This document shows positions 52,802 to 64,000 of a stretch of DNA of 64,000 nt, piece by piece. Under the pieces are notes generated by a model, which worked only from the letters and a program-made list of their open reading frames with translations, did not search any database and was not told the DNA's origin. The position numbers were made by a program, and so were the translations under genes. The DNA lies in the NCBI RefSeq assembly GCF_963921235.1, contig NC_086097.1, positions 154,568,001 to 154,632,000 on the forward strand, in the 5' to 3' direction. The first letter of the stretch is position 1, and each line of letters begins with the position of its first letter. Source of the DNA: Mobula hypostoma (lineage: Eukaryota).

Positions 52802-53484
52802 TAGATGACAAACAACAACAGACCCAGCACTGATCCCTGCAGCACACCACTAGTCAGAGAAGCAACCATCTACAACCACTCTCTGGCTTATTCTGCAAAG
52901 CCAATGACTAATCCAGTTTGCTACCTCACCTTGAATGCCAAGCCAGTGATGCAGGGCCTTGTCCATGGACATGTGCAGGACCTTGTCAAAGGACTTGCTT
53001 AATCCCATGTATACAAATTCCTCTGACGTACCTTCCAACAACTTGACTGGTAACTTGCTCTAAAAAAAATCTATAAGATTGGTTAGACAGGACTTACCAT
53101 GTACAAAGCCATGTTGACTATCCTTAATTAGTCCCTTATGAATCCTGTCCCTTAGAATACCTTCCAATAACTTTCCCACTACTGATATCAGGCTCACCTG
53201 CCTATAAGTACCTGGATTATTCTTAGAGCCTTTCTTAAACAACAGAACAACATTAAATATCCTCCGGAATTTCACTCCTGGCTAGGGATATTTTAAATAT
53301 CTCTGCTAGGGTCCCTGCAATTTCTGCACTTGCCTCTCACAGGTTCCGAGGAAATATTTTGACAGGCCCTGGGGATTTATCCACCCTAATTTGCCTCAAG
53401 AGAGCAAACAGCTCCTCCTCTTTGATCTGTATGGGGTCCATAACTTCGCTGCTGCTTTGCCTTACATCTGTACTCTCTGTGTTC

Positions 53485-54745
53485 ATAGAATTTTTTGAGG
53501 ATGTAACTAGTAGAGTGGATAGGGGAGAACCAGTGGATGTGGTATATTTGGATTTTCAAAAGGCTTTTGACAAGGTCCCACACAGGAGATTAGTGTGCAA
53601 ACTTAAAGCGCACAGTATTGGGGGTAAGGTATTGGTGTGGGTGGAGAATTGGTTAGCAGACAGGAAGCAAAGAGTGGGAATAAACGGGACCTTTTCAGAA
53701 TGGCAGGCGGTGACTAGTGGGGTACCGCAAGGCTCAGTGCTGGGACCCCAGTTGTTTACAATATATATTAATGACTTGGATGAGGGAATTAAACGCAGCA
53801 TCTCCAAGTTTGCGGATGACACGAAGCTGGGTGGCAGTGTTAGCTGTGAGGAGGGTGCTAAGAGGATGCAGGGTGACTTGGATAGGTTGGGTGAGTGGGC
53901 AAATTGATGGCAGATGCAATTTAATGTGGATAAATGTGAAGTTATCCACTTTGGTGGCAAAAATAGGAAAACAGAATATTATCTGAATGGTGGCCGATTA
54001 GGAAAAGGGGAGGTGCAACGAGACCTGGGTGTCATTCTACACCAGTCATTGAAAGTGGGCATGCAGGTACAGCAGGCGGTGAAAAAGGCGAATGGTATGC
54101 TGGCATTTATAGCGAGAGGATTCGAGTACAGGAGCAGGGAGGTACTACTGCAGTTGTACAAGGCCTTGGTGAGACCACACCTGGAGTATTGTGTGCAGTT
54201 TTGGTCCCCTAATCTGAGGAAAGACATCCTTGCCATAGAGGGAGTACAAAGAAGGTTCACCAGATTGATTCCTGGGATGGCAGGACTTTCATATGAAGAA
54301 AGACTGGATGAACTGGGCTTGTACTCATTGGAGTTTAGAAGATTGAGGGGGAATCTGATTGAAACATATAAGATCCTAAAGGAATTGGACAGGCTAGATG
54401 CAGGAAGATTGTTCCCGATGTTGGGGAAGTCCAGAACGAGGGGCCACAGTTTGAGGATAGAGGGAAAGCCTTTTAGGACCGAGATTAGGAAAAACTTCTT
54501 CACACAGAGAGTGGTGAATCTGTGGAATTCTCTGCCACAGGAAACAGTTGAGGCCAGTTCATTGGCTATATTTAAGAGGGTGTTAGATATGGCCCTTGTG
54601 GCTACGGGGGTCAGGGGATATGGAGGGAAGGCTGGGGCGGGGTTCTGAGTTGGATGATCAGCCATGATCATAATAAATGGCGATGCAGGCTCGAAGGGCC
54701 GAATGGCCTACTCCTGCACCTATTTTCTATGTTTCTATGTTTCTA
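53485..54745 (+). mobile_element. Young 5'-truncated CR1 LINE (RT)
   Basis: ORFs 53359..53907 and 53914..54648 are in the same frame, split by one [26 protein letters not shown]; (ttctatgt)n tail. Confidence 0.93.
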
Positions 54746-55959
54746 TCTCCTGAGTAAATACAGATGCAAAAAATCCATTTAAGATCTCCCCCATCTCTTT
54801 CAGCCATTACCACTCTGATCTTCTGGAGGACTGTTTTTGTCCCCTGCAGTCCTTTTCCTCTTAATATATCCGTCACATTATCCTTCACCTTGTCTGCTAG
54901 AGCAACCTCGTGTCTTCTTTTTGCCCTCCTGATTTCCTTCTTTAGCGTTCTCCTGCATTTATTATATTCCTCACGGTTTTTTCCTAACCAGGGTTTCAAT
55001 ATCTCTCAAAAACCAAGGATCCATTAACCCGTTATTCTTGTCTTTTATTCAGACAGGAACATAAAACTGCTTCACTCTCAAGAATTTGATGACCTTCCAT
55101 TTACCAAGTACATCTTTGCCAGAAAGCAAACTTTCCCAATCCACACTTGCCATATCCTTTCTGATACCATCAAAATTTACCTTTCTCTGAATTAGAATCT
55201 CAACCTGAGGACTAAACCTATCCTTTTCCATAATTATGTTGAAACTAATGCATTGTGAACACTTGATACAAAGTGTTCCCCTGCATAAACTTCTGTCACC
55301 TGCCCTATCTCATCCCTAATGAGCCATCTAGTATTGCCTTCTCTCTAGTTGGGACTTCTATGTTCTGATTAAGGAAACTTTCTTGAATACAGTTGACAAA
55401 CTCTATACCATCCAGCCCTTCTACAGTTTGGGAGCCCCAGTCAATATGTGGAAAGTTAAAATCACCTACTATCACAACCTTATGTTTCTTGCAACAGTCT
55501 GCAATCTCTCTACAAACTTGCTCCTCTAAGTCCTGTGGACTTTTGGATGGTCTATAATATAATTCCATTAATGTGGTGATGCCATTCTTATTCCTTCATT
55601 CAACCCATAAAGCCTGATCGCTGTGACATTTTCCCTGACTAGTAATGCCACCTCTCCTGCCCTAAAATGTCTAAAATAATGGAACCCCGCCAGTCCTGCC
55701 ACTCCTGCAATGTCATAATTCTGTGTGCTGATCCACACCCTCAGCTCGTCTGCCTTTCCTGTAATACTAACTGCATGGAAATATAGGCAGCTCAGGACAT
55801 TAGTCCCAACATGTTCAACCTTTTGATTCCTGACCTTGTACGTTGACATTTTAATTTACCTAAATTAGAATTCCTGTCAAGGTGTATTAAGCGTGCATTT
55901 GGCATCATCAGTCTTAACACTTCACCATTCTGATTATTTGCCATCTTATAAATTTTCAG

Positions 55960-56004
55960 GGACCACCTGGTGAAAATGGTCTCAATGGACCGCCTGGACC
56001 ACCT
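55960..56004 (+). CDS. COL9A1-like: 45-nt Gly-X-Y exon (GPPGENGLNGPPGPP)
   Basis: ttttcag acceptor, gtaagc donor. Confidence 0.92.
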
Positions 56005-56689
56005 GTAAGCCACTAACCCCAAAGCAATAATAATTAGGTCTTTTCATTTTGATATTTTAAAATCTGAAATAAAAATAGGTTGCTCATATCCAGTTTTCCA
56101 GTTCATTATCACTGTTATAATTCTTAATTCAGTGAATTCAGTGAATTCAGGCAAATTAATGAAGAATTCATATGGTATAACAGAAACTACAAGGAAATGT
56201 TACACCATGAAAACAAAATTTCCTGAAGTTTTGGACAATCTTAAACTTATTATCAAAACCAAACTGGGAGCGAGTAAAGAACCTGAGCAACAGGAAACCC
56301 AAGGTGTGGATATGGGACTATGTAGAAGTGGTGGAACTTGGGATGATTACAAAGCGGATCATCTCCTATGCCACTACACAATACTTTCCCTACAAGTCAA
56401 CATTGTGGCACAGCTGCCACACCCACCCCCATTGGACAGCAGTTATTGCTGGTGGGTCCTTTTCTTATTGGGTTGGCTAATGTTTTGTTGAATGGCAGCT
56501 GCACCTTTCTTTGCAGTGGATGTTGTAAAGCGACTGCCTTCATCTTGGTGAGGTCCTGCTGAAGGTAATCAATTTAGTGATAATAACTTGGATAATGACT
56601 AAAAATAGTTAAGCTTTTACATTTCTGCTACTACTATTGAAACATGAACAGAAAAATGTCATGTACTATTTTGACCTTATTAACATAGA

Positions 56690-57192
56690 TCATACATAGA
56701 ATAGTACAGCACATTACAGGCCCTTTGGCCCACAATGTTGTGCCGACCCTCAAACCCTGCCTCCTATATAACCCCCCACCTTAAATTCCTCCATATACCT
56801 GTCTAGTAGTCTCTTAAACTTCACTAGTGTATCTGCCTCCCCCACTGACTCAGGCAGTGCATTCCACGCACCAACCACGCTCTGAGTAAAAAACATTCCT
56901 CTAATATCCCCCTTGAACTTCCCACCCCTTACCTCAAAGCCATGTCCTCTTGTATTGAGCAGTGGTGCCCTGGGGAAGAGACGCTGGCTATCCATTCTGT
57001 CTATTCCTCTTATTATCTTGTACAACTCTATCATGTCTCACTCCAAAGAGTAAAGCCCTAGCTCCCTTAATCTCTGATCATAATGCATACTCTCTAAACC
57101 AGGCAGCATCCTGGTAAATCTCCTCTGTACCCTTTCCAATGCTTCCACATCCTTCCTATAGTGAGGTGACCAGAACTGGACGCAGTACTCCT
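56690..57192 (-). mobile_element. CR1 3' fragment
   Basis: ORF 56750..57034 has MIELYKIIRG...TRGH...FFTQSVV.AWN.LP. Confidence 0.88.
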
Positions 57193-57659
57193 CTGTTAGA
57201 AAATGATTGGTCTACATATTTTTCCATTGTTTCCCTACTCATAATCTTCTTACCTTTCTTTTTAAAAAAACTATTTAATTGCAGTTTTGCAATTACCAGT
57301 TGATGTATCCTCAAACTTTTAAGGTGTGAGAAATTTGATTTGCATTAGTTCTTCTGAGAATGTATTGAGCATCATCACTGTACAGCCTGACTTTAATTCA
57401 CCTGCTTGATTTGTTCTTCCTGGACTCCAGAATTAGTTTCTCTCAGATCAGTGATGCAATTCCTTAATTTTCTTTATACAAGTGTTTATAGGCTGAGTGT
57501 ATCTAAAATTGCTTTATGACAACTGATTCCTGCGCTATACCAAGAATTTAATGCTGCAGCTACTCCAACACGGATATATCCTTCATGAATTTTGATGTCC
57601 GGAATGAAACATTGTATTTCAAATTCACTCCAACACAACTATCACAAAAATGCTGAGGA

Positions 57660-58320
57660 AATGCTGCGCAGGTTGACTGTGGTTAAGAAGGCATATGGTG
57701 CATTGGCCTTCATCAACCGTGGGATTGAGTTTAAGAGCCGAGAGGTAATGTTGCAGCTATATAGGACCCTGGTCAGATCCCACTTGGAGTACTGGGCTCA
57801 ATTCTGGTCGCCTCACTACTGAAAGGACATGGAAACCATAGAAAGGGTGCAGAGGAGATTTACAAGGATGTTGTCTGGATTGGGGAGCATGCCTTATGAG
57901 AATAGGTTGAGTGGACTCAACCTTTTCTCCTTGGAGCGACGGAGGATGAGAGGTGACCTGATAGAGCTGTATAAGATAATGAGAGGCATTGATCGTGTGG
58001 ATAGTCAGAGGCTTTTTCCCATGGCTGAAATGGCTAGCATGAGAGAGCGTAGTTTTAAGGTGCTTGGAAGTAGGTACAGAGGAGACGTCAGGGGCAAGTT
58101 TTTTACACAGAGAGTGGTGACTGCGTGGAATCGGCTGCTGGCGGCAGTGGTGGAGGCAGAAATGATAGGGTCTTTTAAGAGACTCCAGGATAGGAATATG
58201 GAGCTTAGAAAAACAGAGGGCTATGGGTAAGCCTAGGTAGTTCTAAGGTAAGGACATGTTCAGCACAGCTTTGTGGGCTGAAGGGCCTGTATTGTGCTCT
58301 AGGTTTTCTATGTTTCTATA
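57660..58320 (+). mobile_element. CR1 3' fragment (same family as 20220-20926)
   Basis: ORFs 57592..57822 and 57829..58230; same tail. Confidence 0.9.
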
Positions 58321-59289
58321 AATTAAAACCCTTTGAATTCCATCAGCCAGAGACTTTTGTAATTTACCAGAATTGACTGTAGAACATTGTACACCTGGTT
58401 GGTAACTCTAAATGCTATTTACTGTGATGTGAGGACATTGCACATAGTCTCAAAAACAGATTCCATTATAGAGTTAAAATTTCAGGCAGAAAATAAGGCA
58501 AGAGTTGTACACTGTGATTAGGACTACTCTCCGGTGTGCTGTGTAAACCTCATTGCATTTGGTTTAAAGACCTGTCTTTGTGTTGTAGTACGTATCTATT
58601 TTGCAGCAGAAATAATAGAGAGCTTCTCAAAATGGATTCTCACTATTCCTGGATTTCAGTGCTTTAAAGGGGATAGAGAGAGGGGAGGAGGGGTGGCAGG
58701 TTAGGGATACTATTATAGCTACAGAAAGGGTGGATAATGTAGCAGAATCCTCTTTTGAGTCAGTATGGGTGGAAGTCAGGAAGGGAAGGGAAGTCATTCC
58801 TGCCTGTGGCCATCAAACTTCACTTGGAGGGTTAGACACCCTGAGCCAATAGGTTGGTCCTGGACTTATTTCTTGGCATAATTTACATAATATTATTTAA
58901 TTATTTATGGGTTTATATAGCTATATTTATACTCTGTTCTTGGTTGGTGCGACTGTAACAAAACAAAATTTCCCTCGGGATCAATAAAGTATGACTATGA
59001 CTATGAAGAAGGTGGCATCCATCATAAAGGATCGTCACATCCAGGACATATCCTCTTCTCATTATTACAATCAGGGAAGAGGTACAGGAATCTGAAGATG
59101 CACGCACAACATTTCAGGAACAGCTTCTTCCCTTCTGCCATGAGACTTCTGAATGGTCCATGAACACTATTTTGTTTTCTTTTTGCATTACTTTTTGCTT
59201 TTATATATTCTCATTGTAACTTATAGTAAGTTTTCATGTATTGCACTGTACTGCTGCCACAAAACAATTTTCACAATGCTTGTCAGTGA

Positions 59290-62070
59290 TCATAAGAACA
59301 TAAGAAATAGGAGAAGGAGAAGGCCATCTGGCCCATCGAGCCTGCTCTGCTATTTAATAAGCTCATGACTGATCTGACCATGGACCTTTTCCCCATAACT
59401 TTTAATACCCCTACTATTCAAAAAACCTACATATTTACTGAGGTAGCCTCCACTGCTTCATTGGGCAGAGAATTCCTCAGATTCACCACTCTTTGGGAAA
59501 AGCAGCTCTTCCTCAGCTCCATCCTAAATTTACTCCCCTGACTCTTGAGTTTTAGTCTCACCTCCCAGTGGAAACAACTTTCCTGCCTCTATCTTATCTA
59601 TCCATTTCATAATTTTAAATGTTTCTATAAGATCTCCTCTCATCCTTCTGAATCCCAGCGAGTACATTCCCAAGCAACTCAATCTCTCCTCATAGTCTAC
59701 CCCCCTCATCTCTGGGATCAACCTGATGAACTTTCTCTGCACTGCCTCCAAAGCCAATAAATCCTTCCTCAAGTAAGGAGACCAGAAATGCATGCAGTAC
59801 TCCAAATGCGGCCTCACCAGTACCCTGTGCGGTTACAACATAACCTCCCTGTTCTTAAATTCAATCCCTCTAGTAATGAAGGCCAATGTTCCATTTGTCG
59901 TCTTGATAGCCTGCTGCACCTGCAAGCCAGCCGTTTGTGATTCATGCACAAGCACTCCAAAGTCCTTCTGCACAGCAGCATGCTGCAATCTTTTACTATT
60001 TAAATAATAATCTGCTCTTCCATTTTTCCTTCCAAAGTGGATGACCTCGCATTTACCAACATTGTACTCAATCTGCCAGATCCTTGCCCACTCACCTAAC
60101 CTGTCTATATATCTCTGCAGACTCTCCATATCCTCTGCACAATTTGCGTTTCCACTCAATTTAGTATCATCAGCAAACTTAGTTACACTACACTCAGCCC
60201 CCTCTTCCAGATCGTTAATAAATATCATGACTGGTTACTGGCCCAGCACCGACCCCTGCGGCACATCGCTCACCACTGGTTACCAAGCAGGGAAGCACCC
60301 ATGTGTTCCAACTCTCTGCTTTGTATTGGTTAACGAATCCTCTATCCATGCTAATAGATCACCCCCATATATCTGTATCCATATCTTATGGATAAGTCTT
60401 TTATGTGGCACCTTATCGACTGCCTTCTGGAAATCCAGGTAAATAACGTCCATCTATTCCCCTCTATCCATTGTACTCATTATATCCTCAAAGGACTCTA
60501 ATAGGTTTGTCAAACAGAACCTGCCTTTGTTGAATCCATGCTGTGGCTTCCTTATGGATCACCAAACTTCGCCAGCTTGGTATCAGCTCATCCCTCTGCA
60601 ATTGGATCTTGGACTTTCAGACTAACAGACCCCAATCAGTTAAGCTAGACAACCTCTCCTTCTCCACTCTCACCCTGAACACCGGCGTAACTCAACGTTG
60701 TGTGCTGAGCCCTCTTCTGTACTGCCTTTTCACCTATGACTGCGTTCCTGTTCATGGTTCTATCTCCATAACCAACTTCACAGACGACACCACAGTGGTT
60801 GGCCTGATCAGAGGGGATGACGATTCAGCCTACAGGGACAAGGTCCAGTACCTGGCCACATGGTGTGCCGACAATAACCTGGCCCTTAACACCCAGAAGA
60901 CCAAGAAGATCATTGTGGACTTCAGGCATGCTAGGAGCCACACTCACGTCCCCAGCTACATCAACTGAGCTGTAGTGGAGCGTGTATCAAGCTTCAAATT
61001 CCTTGGTCTCCACATTTCTGAGGATCTCACCTGGTCCCTGGACTCCTTCATCTTAATCAAAAAGGTGCAGCAGCGCCTTTACTTCCTGTGGAGCATGAAG
61101 AAAGCTCACCTCTGTCCCAGGATACGGACGGACTTTTACCGCTGTACCATTGAGAGCATACTCACCAACTGCATCTCAGTGTGGTATAGCAATTGTCCCA
61201 TATCGGACCGCAAATCACTCCAACATGTAGTGAAAACTGCCCAGTGGATTATCGGCACCCATTTGCCCACCATTGAGAACATCTACCATAAACAATGCCT
61301 GGGCAGGGCAAAAAGCATTGTTAAGGATGCATCTCACCCTAACCACAGACTTTTTACTCTCCTCCCATCCGGTAGGCGCTACAGGAGCCTCCGCTCCCGC
61401 ACCAGCAGACATAGGAAGAACTTCTTCCCTAAGGCTCTGACCCTGCTGAACCTCACATCACAGCGCTAAGCAGTATTGCATCCACATTGTACTGTCTCAG
61501 TACTTTTATATTTGTGTGCTGTAGCACTTACTTTTTATTTGCAGTTATTTTGTAAATAACACTATTATTTGCATTTCTGGTTAGATGCTAACTGCATTTC
61601 ATTGGCTTTGTATTTGTACTCGGCACAATGACAATAAAGTTGAATCTAATGTAATCTAATCTAATTTGTTTCCAAATGCCTCGCTATTTCTTCTTTAATG
61701 ATAGCTTTAATCATGTTTCCCAACTACAGAGGTTAAACTAACTAGCCTATAATTATCTGCCTTTTGCCTACATCCTTTTTTGAATAGTGATATGACATTC
61801 TCCTTCTTCCAATCTGCCCTGAGTCCCGAGAATTTTGGTAAATTATCACCACAGCCTCTATAATATCTCTGCCATTTCTTTCAGTACCTTGGGATGCATT
61901 CCATTAGGACTAGGGGACTTGGCTATCTTTTGGCCCACAGGTTTGCTCAGCACTACCTCTTTACTGATACCTATTGTATCGAGGTCCTCACCTCCTCTCA
62001 CATCCATATCGTATCTCCTTGACATGTTAGATATGTCCGCCACCATGAAGACCAATGCAAAATAGCATTC
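59290..62070 (-). mobile_element. CR1 LINE split by a Rex1-like insertion
   Basis: ORFs 59530..59817 and 59833..60228 (FADD); continues at 61665-62070 (KSPSPNGMHPKVLKE); (ttcttatg)n tail. Confidence 0.87.
60542..61664 (+). mobile_element. Rex1/Babar-like LINE 3' fragment
   Basis: ORFs 60543..60968 and 60975..61469 ([32 protein letters not shown]); aataaa plus (aatct)n tail. Confidence 0.88.
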
Positions 62071-62626
62071 CATTCTGATTCTGATTCTGAAAAAAAAAGT
62101 TAGCATGAATAAAGATGAACAGAGTAGCCCAGCAGATGGAAAAGGGAGAGGCTGAAAAATGTCTGGTGAAGCAAACACTGAAATACTGGAAGAACTGAAC
62201 CAGTCAAGCAGCCTCTGATGGAAGAGAAACTGGTCCATGCTTCAGATGAGGGATCTTTCCTCAGGGTTGGAGAAAGAGTGGAGGGGTTACAGTTTTCAAC
62301 ACAGACTGGGGGGGGGGGGAAATGAAGTGCAAAACAAAATACTATATGGAAATTAGTTAAAACAGATCAGGTGATAAGGAGCATGAATTCTGACTGCAAG
62401 ACAGGCATTTTATAATATCGTAGTTCTGATGAAGGATCCCTCACCCAAAATATTACTTGTTTTCACTTTCCCTAGATTCTTCACTGGAACAGTTCTGCCA
62501 CCATCTTTTTTTTGCTATTATTTCAGTTGCCGGCATTGCACTTTTATTTGTTTTCCATATCTGCTGAGGCTTTGGTGTAGTTTGGATAAGGTCATGCTGG
62601 GAGAACTTTCAATGATCTGCCAAAAG

Positions 62627-63000
62627 GTTGAGAGGGGACTTGATAGAGGTGTTTAAAATTATGAGGGGGATTGATAGAGTTGATATGGATAGGCTTTTTT
62701 CATTGAGAGTGGGGGAGATTCAAACAAGAGGACATGAGTTGAGAGTTAAAGGGCAAAAGTTTAGGGGTAACATGAGGAGGAACTTCTTTACTCAGAGAGT
62801 GGTAGCTGTGTGGAACGAGCTTCCAGCAGAAGTGGTTGAGGCAGGTTTGATGTTGTTGTTTAAAGTTAAATTGGACAGCTATATGGACAGGAAAGGAATG
62901 GAGGGTTATGGGCTGAGTGCAGGTCGGTGGGACTAGGTGAGAGTAAGAGTTCGGCACGGACTAGAAGGGCCTGTTTCTGTGCTGTAATTGTCATATGGTT
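62627..63000 (+). mobile_element. CR1 3' fragment (same family as 38880-39270)
   Basis: ORF 62628..62936 is nearly identical to ORF 38938..39189. Confidence 0.9.
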
Positions 63001-63678
63001 AAAAATAAATTTGAATATGTCAGGATATGTTTGTTGAAGTTCAGCTGTGGAACATTTTAAAGAGCAAATGATTATGAGACCATTGAAAAGAATGCCCAGT
63101 ACCTTTTTAAGCATCCTGGTAAGCTGATTAAGCTATCTGAAGAGGAACTGGAAAGTTATTTGGGATATTAAAGACTGAGTTAAAAAGTAGAAAATATTAA
63201 ATTTAGGCAGAAATCAAAAAATCTACCATCTGAATTTTTAAATTTTCAAATTCTAGACATTTACAATTTAAGAGGCTTGGTGAAGACACAGTTAACCATG
63301 CTATGATTTACTTCTACTGACCTCTCTGAGCCAATATAACTTTGACCGATGTGCACAAACTGACAATTTTGCTAAACGTACAGAGAATGACAACTGTTTT
63401 ATTTTGGTTACATCTGTGAAGATGAGATGTCTTGGACTTGCAATGAATATATTAGATCCAAACATTATCAGTGAAGCTATTGCATTTAGTTACTTAATTT
63501 GATCAGTTTGCATATTTTGTAATTTGTCAGTGGGATCACTGGAGGTGGGAGGTTCAGTTAATCACTAGTTTATCTACCCTATTGATCAGCTTCAATAGGA
63601 ATGAGATTGGAGGATACCCATCAATTAGAATTGAACAGAGAATTCTCAAATATAGGATAAAGATAACTTGCCAGACAA

Positions 63679-63796
63679 TTATATTTTTGTATGTAATTGC
63701 TTTATTCTTCTATTTTGTACAATTTAGCTGAAACGATCTTTGTTCTGTTCCTCAGTGTACTGTATCATATCCTCCAGGATCTCCCGGACTGCCTAG
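63679..63796 (+). pseudogene. Degenerate tandem duplicate of the acceptor and 5' part of the NC3/COL2 exon (CTVSYPPGSPGLP)
   Basis: atctttgttctgttcctcagtgt occurs at about 63736 and 63856; ttatatttttgtat occurs at 63679 and 63797; period about 118-120 bp. Confidence 0.8.
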
Positions 63797-63875
63797 TTAT
63801 ATTTTTGTATTTAAGTGCAGTATTCTTGAAGTTTTGTGCAATTTTACTAAAAAGAATCTTTGTTCTGTTCCTCAG

Positions 63876-63930
63876 TGTCCATTACCATGTCCTGCAGGTC
63901 CTCCTGGATCTCCCAGGCTGCCAGGATAAG
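63876..63930 (+). CDS. COL9A1-like: NC3/COL2 junction exon, disrupted ([17 protein letters not shown])
   Basis: ttcctcag acceptor, AAG|gtaaac donor; collagen IX CPxxCP motif; 55 nt (not a multiple of 3), AGG at a Gly position, in-frame TAA. Confidence 0.85.
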
Positions 63931-64000
63931 GTAAACAGTAGTTATTTATACTGTTCTATTCCTGTTTATTGAGAACTGAATCCTGTCCTACAAGAAACCA

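Larger units (their letters stand above)
51540..55850 (-). mobile_element. Older CR1 LINE ORF2, interrupted by a Tc1 MITE and a younger CR1
   Basis: Minus-strand ORFs with VIVGDFNFPHIDW (APE), QHGFVHGKSCLTNLIDFF (RT), LVRPNLEDCVQF. Confidence 0.85.
1635..63930 (+). pseudogene. COL9A1-like: Collagen alpha-1(IX)-like (FACIT) gene, 5' portion, probably pseudogenising; first exon and 3' exons not in the window or not found
   Basis: 14 phase-compatible AG/GT exons spell signal peptide, NC4/TSPN ([21 protein letters not shown]...YPQGLPEEYSFVTTFR...WHKI...LFVDC...FELQWRLIHCDP), Gly-X-Y exons and CPLPCPAGPPG, in the order of COL9A1. Disabling lesions at 32673 (TAG) and 63876-63930 (non-triplet length plus TAA). 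Confidence 0.85.

Noticed and set aside
53979..54671. 230-aa minus-strand ORF (similarly 40467..41060)
   Set aside because: Antisense shadow of LINE reverse transcriptase coding sequence.
62424..62456. Additional hammerhead (CTGATGA...)
   Set aside because: GAAA box is mutated (CAAAA) and the stems are poor; treated as a dead remnant.
63598..63627. GMRLEDTHQL-like stretch as the missing NC3 exon
   Set aside because: Requires a base deletion at the acceptor and has no GT donor; too speculative.

Overview
Eukaryotic (vertebrate) genomic DNA. The repeat content (V-SINE/HE1-like SINE, abundant CR1, Rex1/L2-like, Penelope) suggests a cartilaginous fish, possibly a ray; this is inference. The + strand carries the 5' half of a collagen alpha-1(IX)-like FACIT collagen gene. 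I reconstructed 14 exons by hand from AG/GT boundaries and phase: signal peptide, TSPN/NC4 domain, COL3 Gly-X-Y exons, and the CPxxCP NC3/COL2 exon. The NC4 exons are open. The collagen part carries several lesions: an in-frame TAG at 32673, Gly->Glu at 36793, a 35-bp x4 tandem expansion inside an exon, and a 55-nt exon with Gly->Arg and TAA at 63876-63930. It therefore looks like a recently decaying paralog or pseudogene. Introns are filled with transposons: CR1, Rex1/Babar-like, Hero-like, Gypsy, Tigger/pogo, Tc1, mariner, a hAT-like MITE, and an inverted Penelope element with minimal hammerhead ribozymes. Several of these form large, sometimes chimeric, palindromes. No prokaryotic systems (CRISPR etc.) are supported. 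Repeat boundaries are approximate unless a TSD is given, and comparisons with human COL9A1 are from memory.
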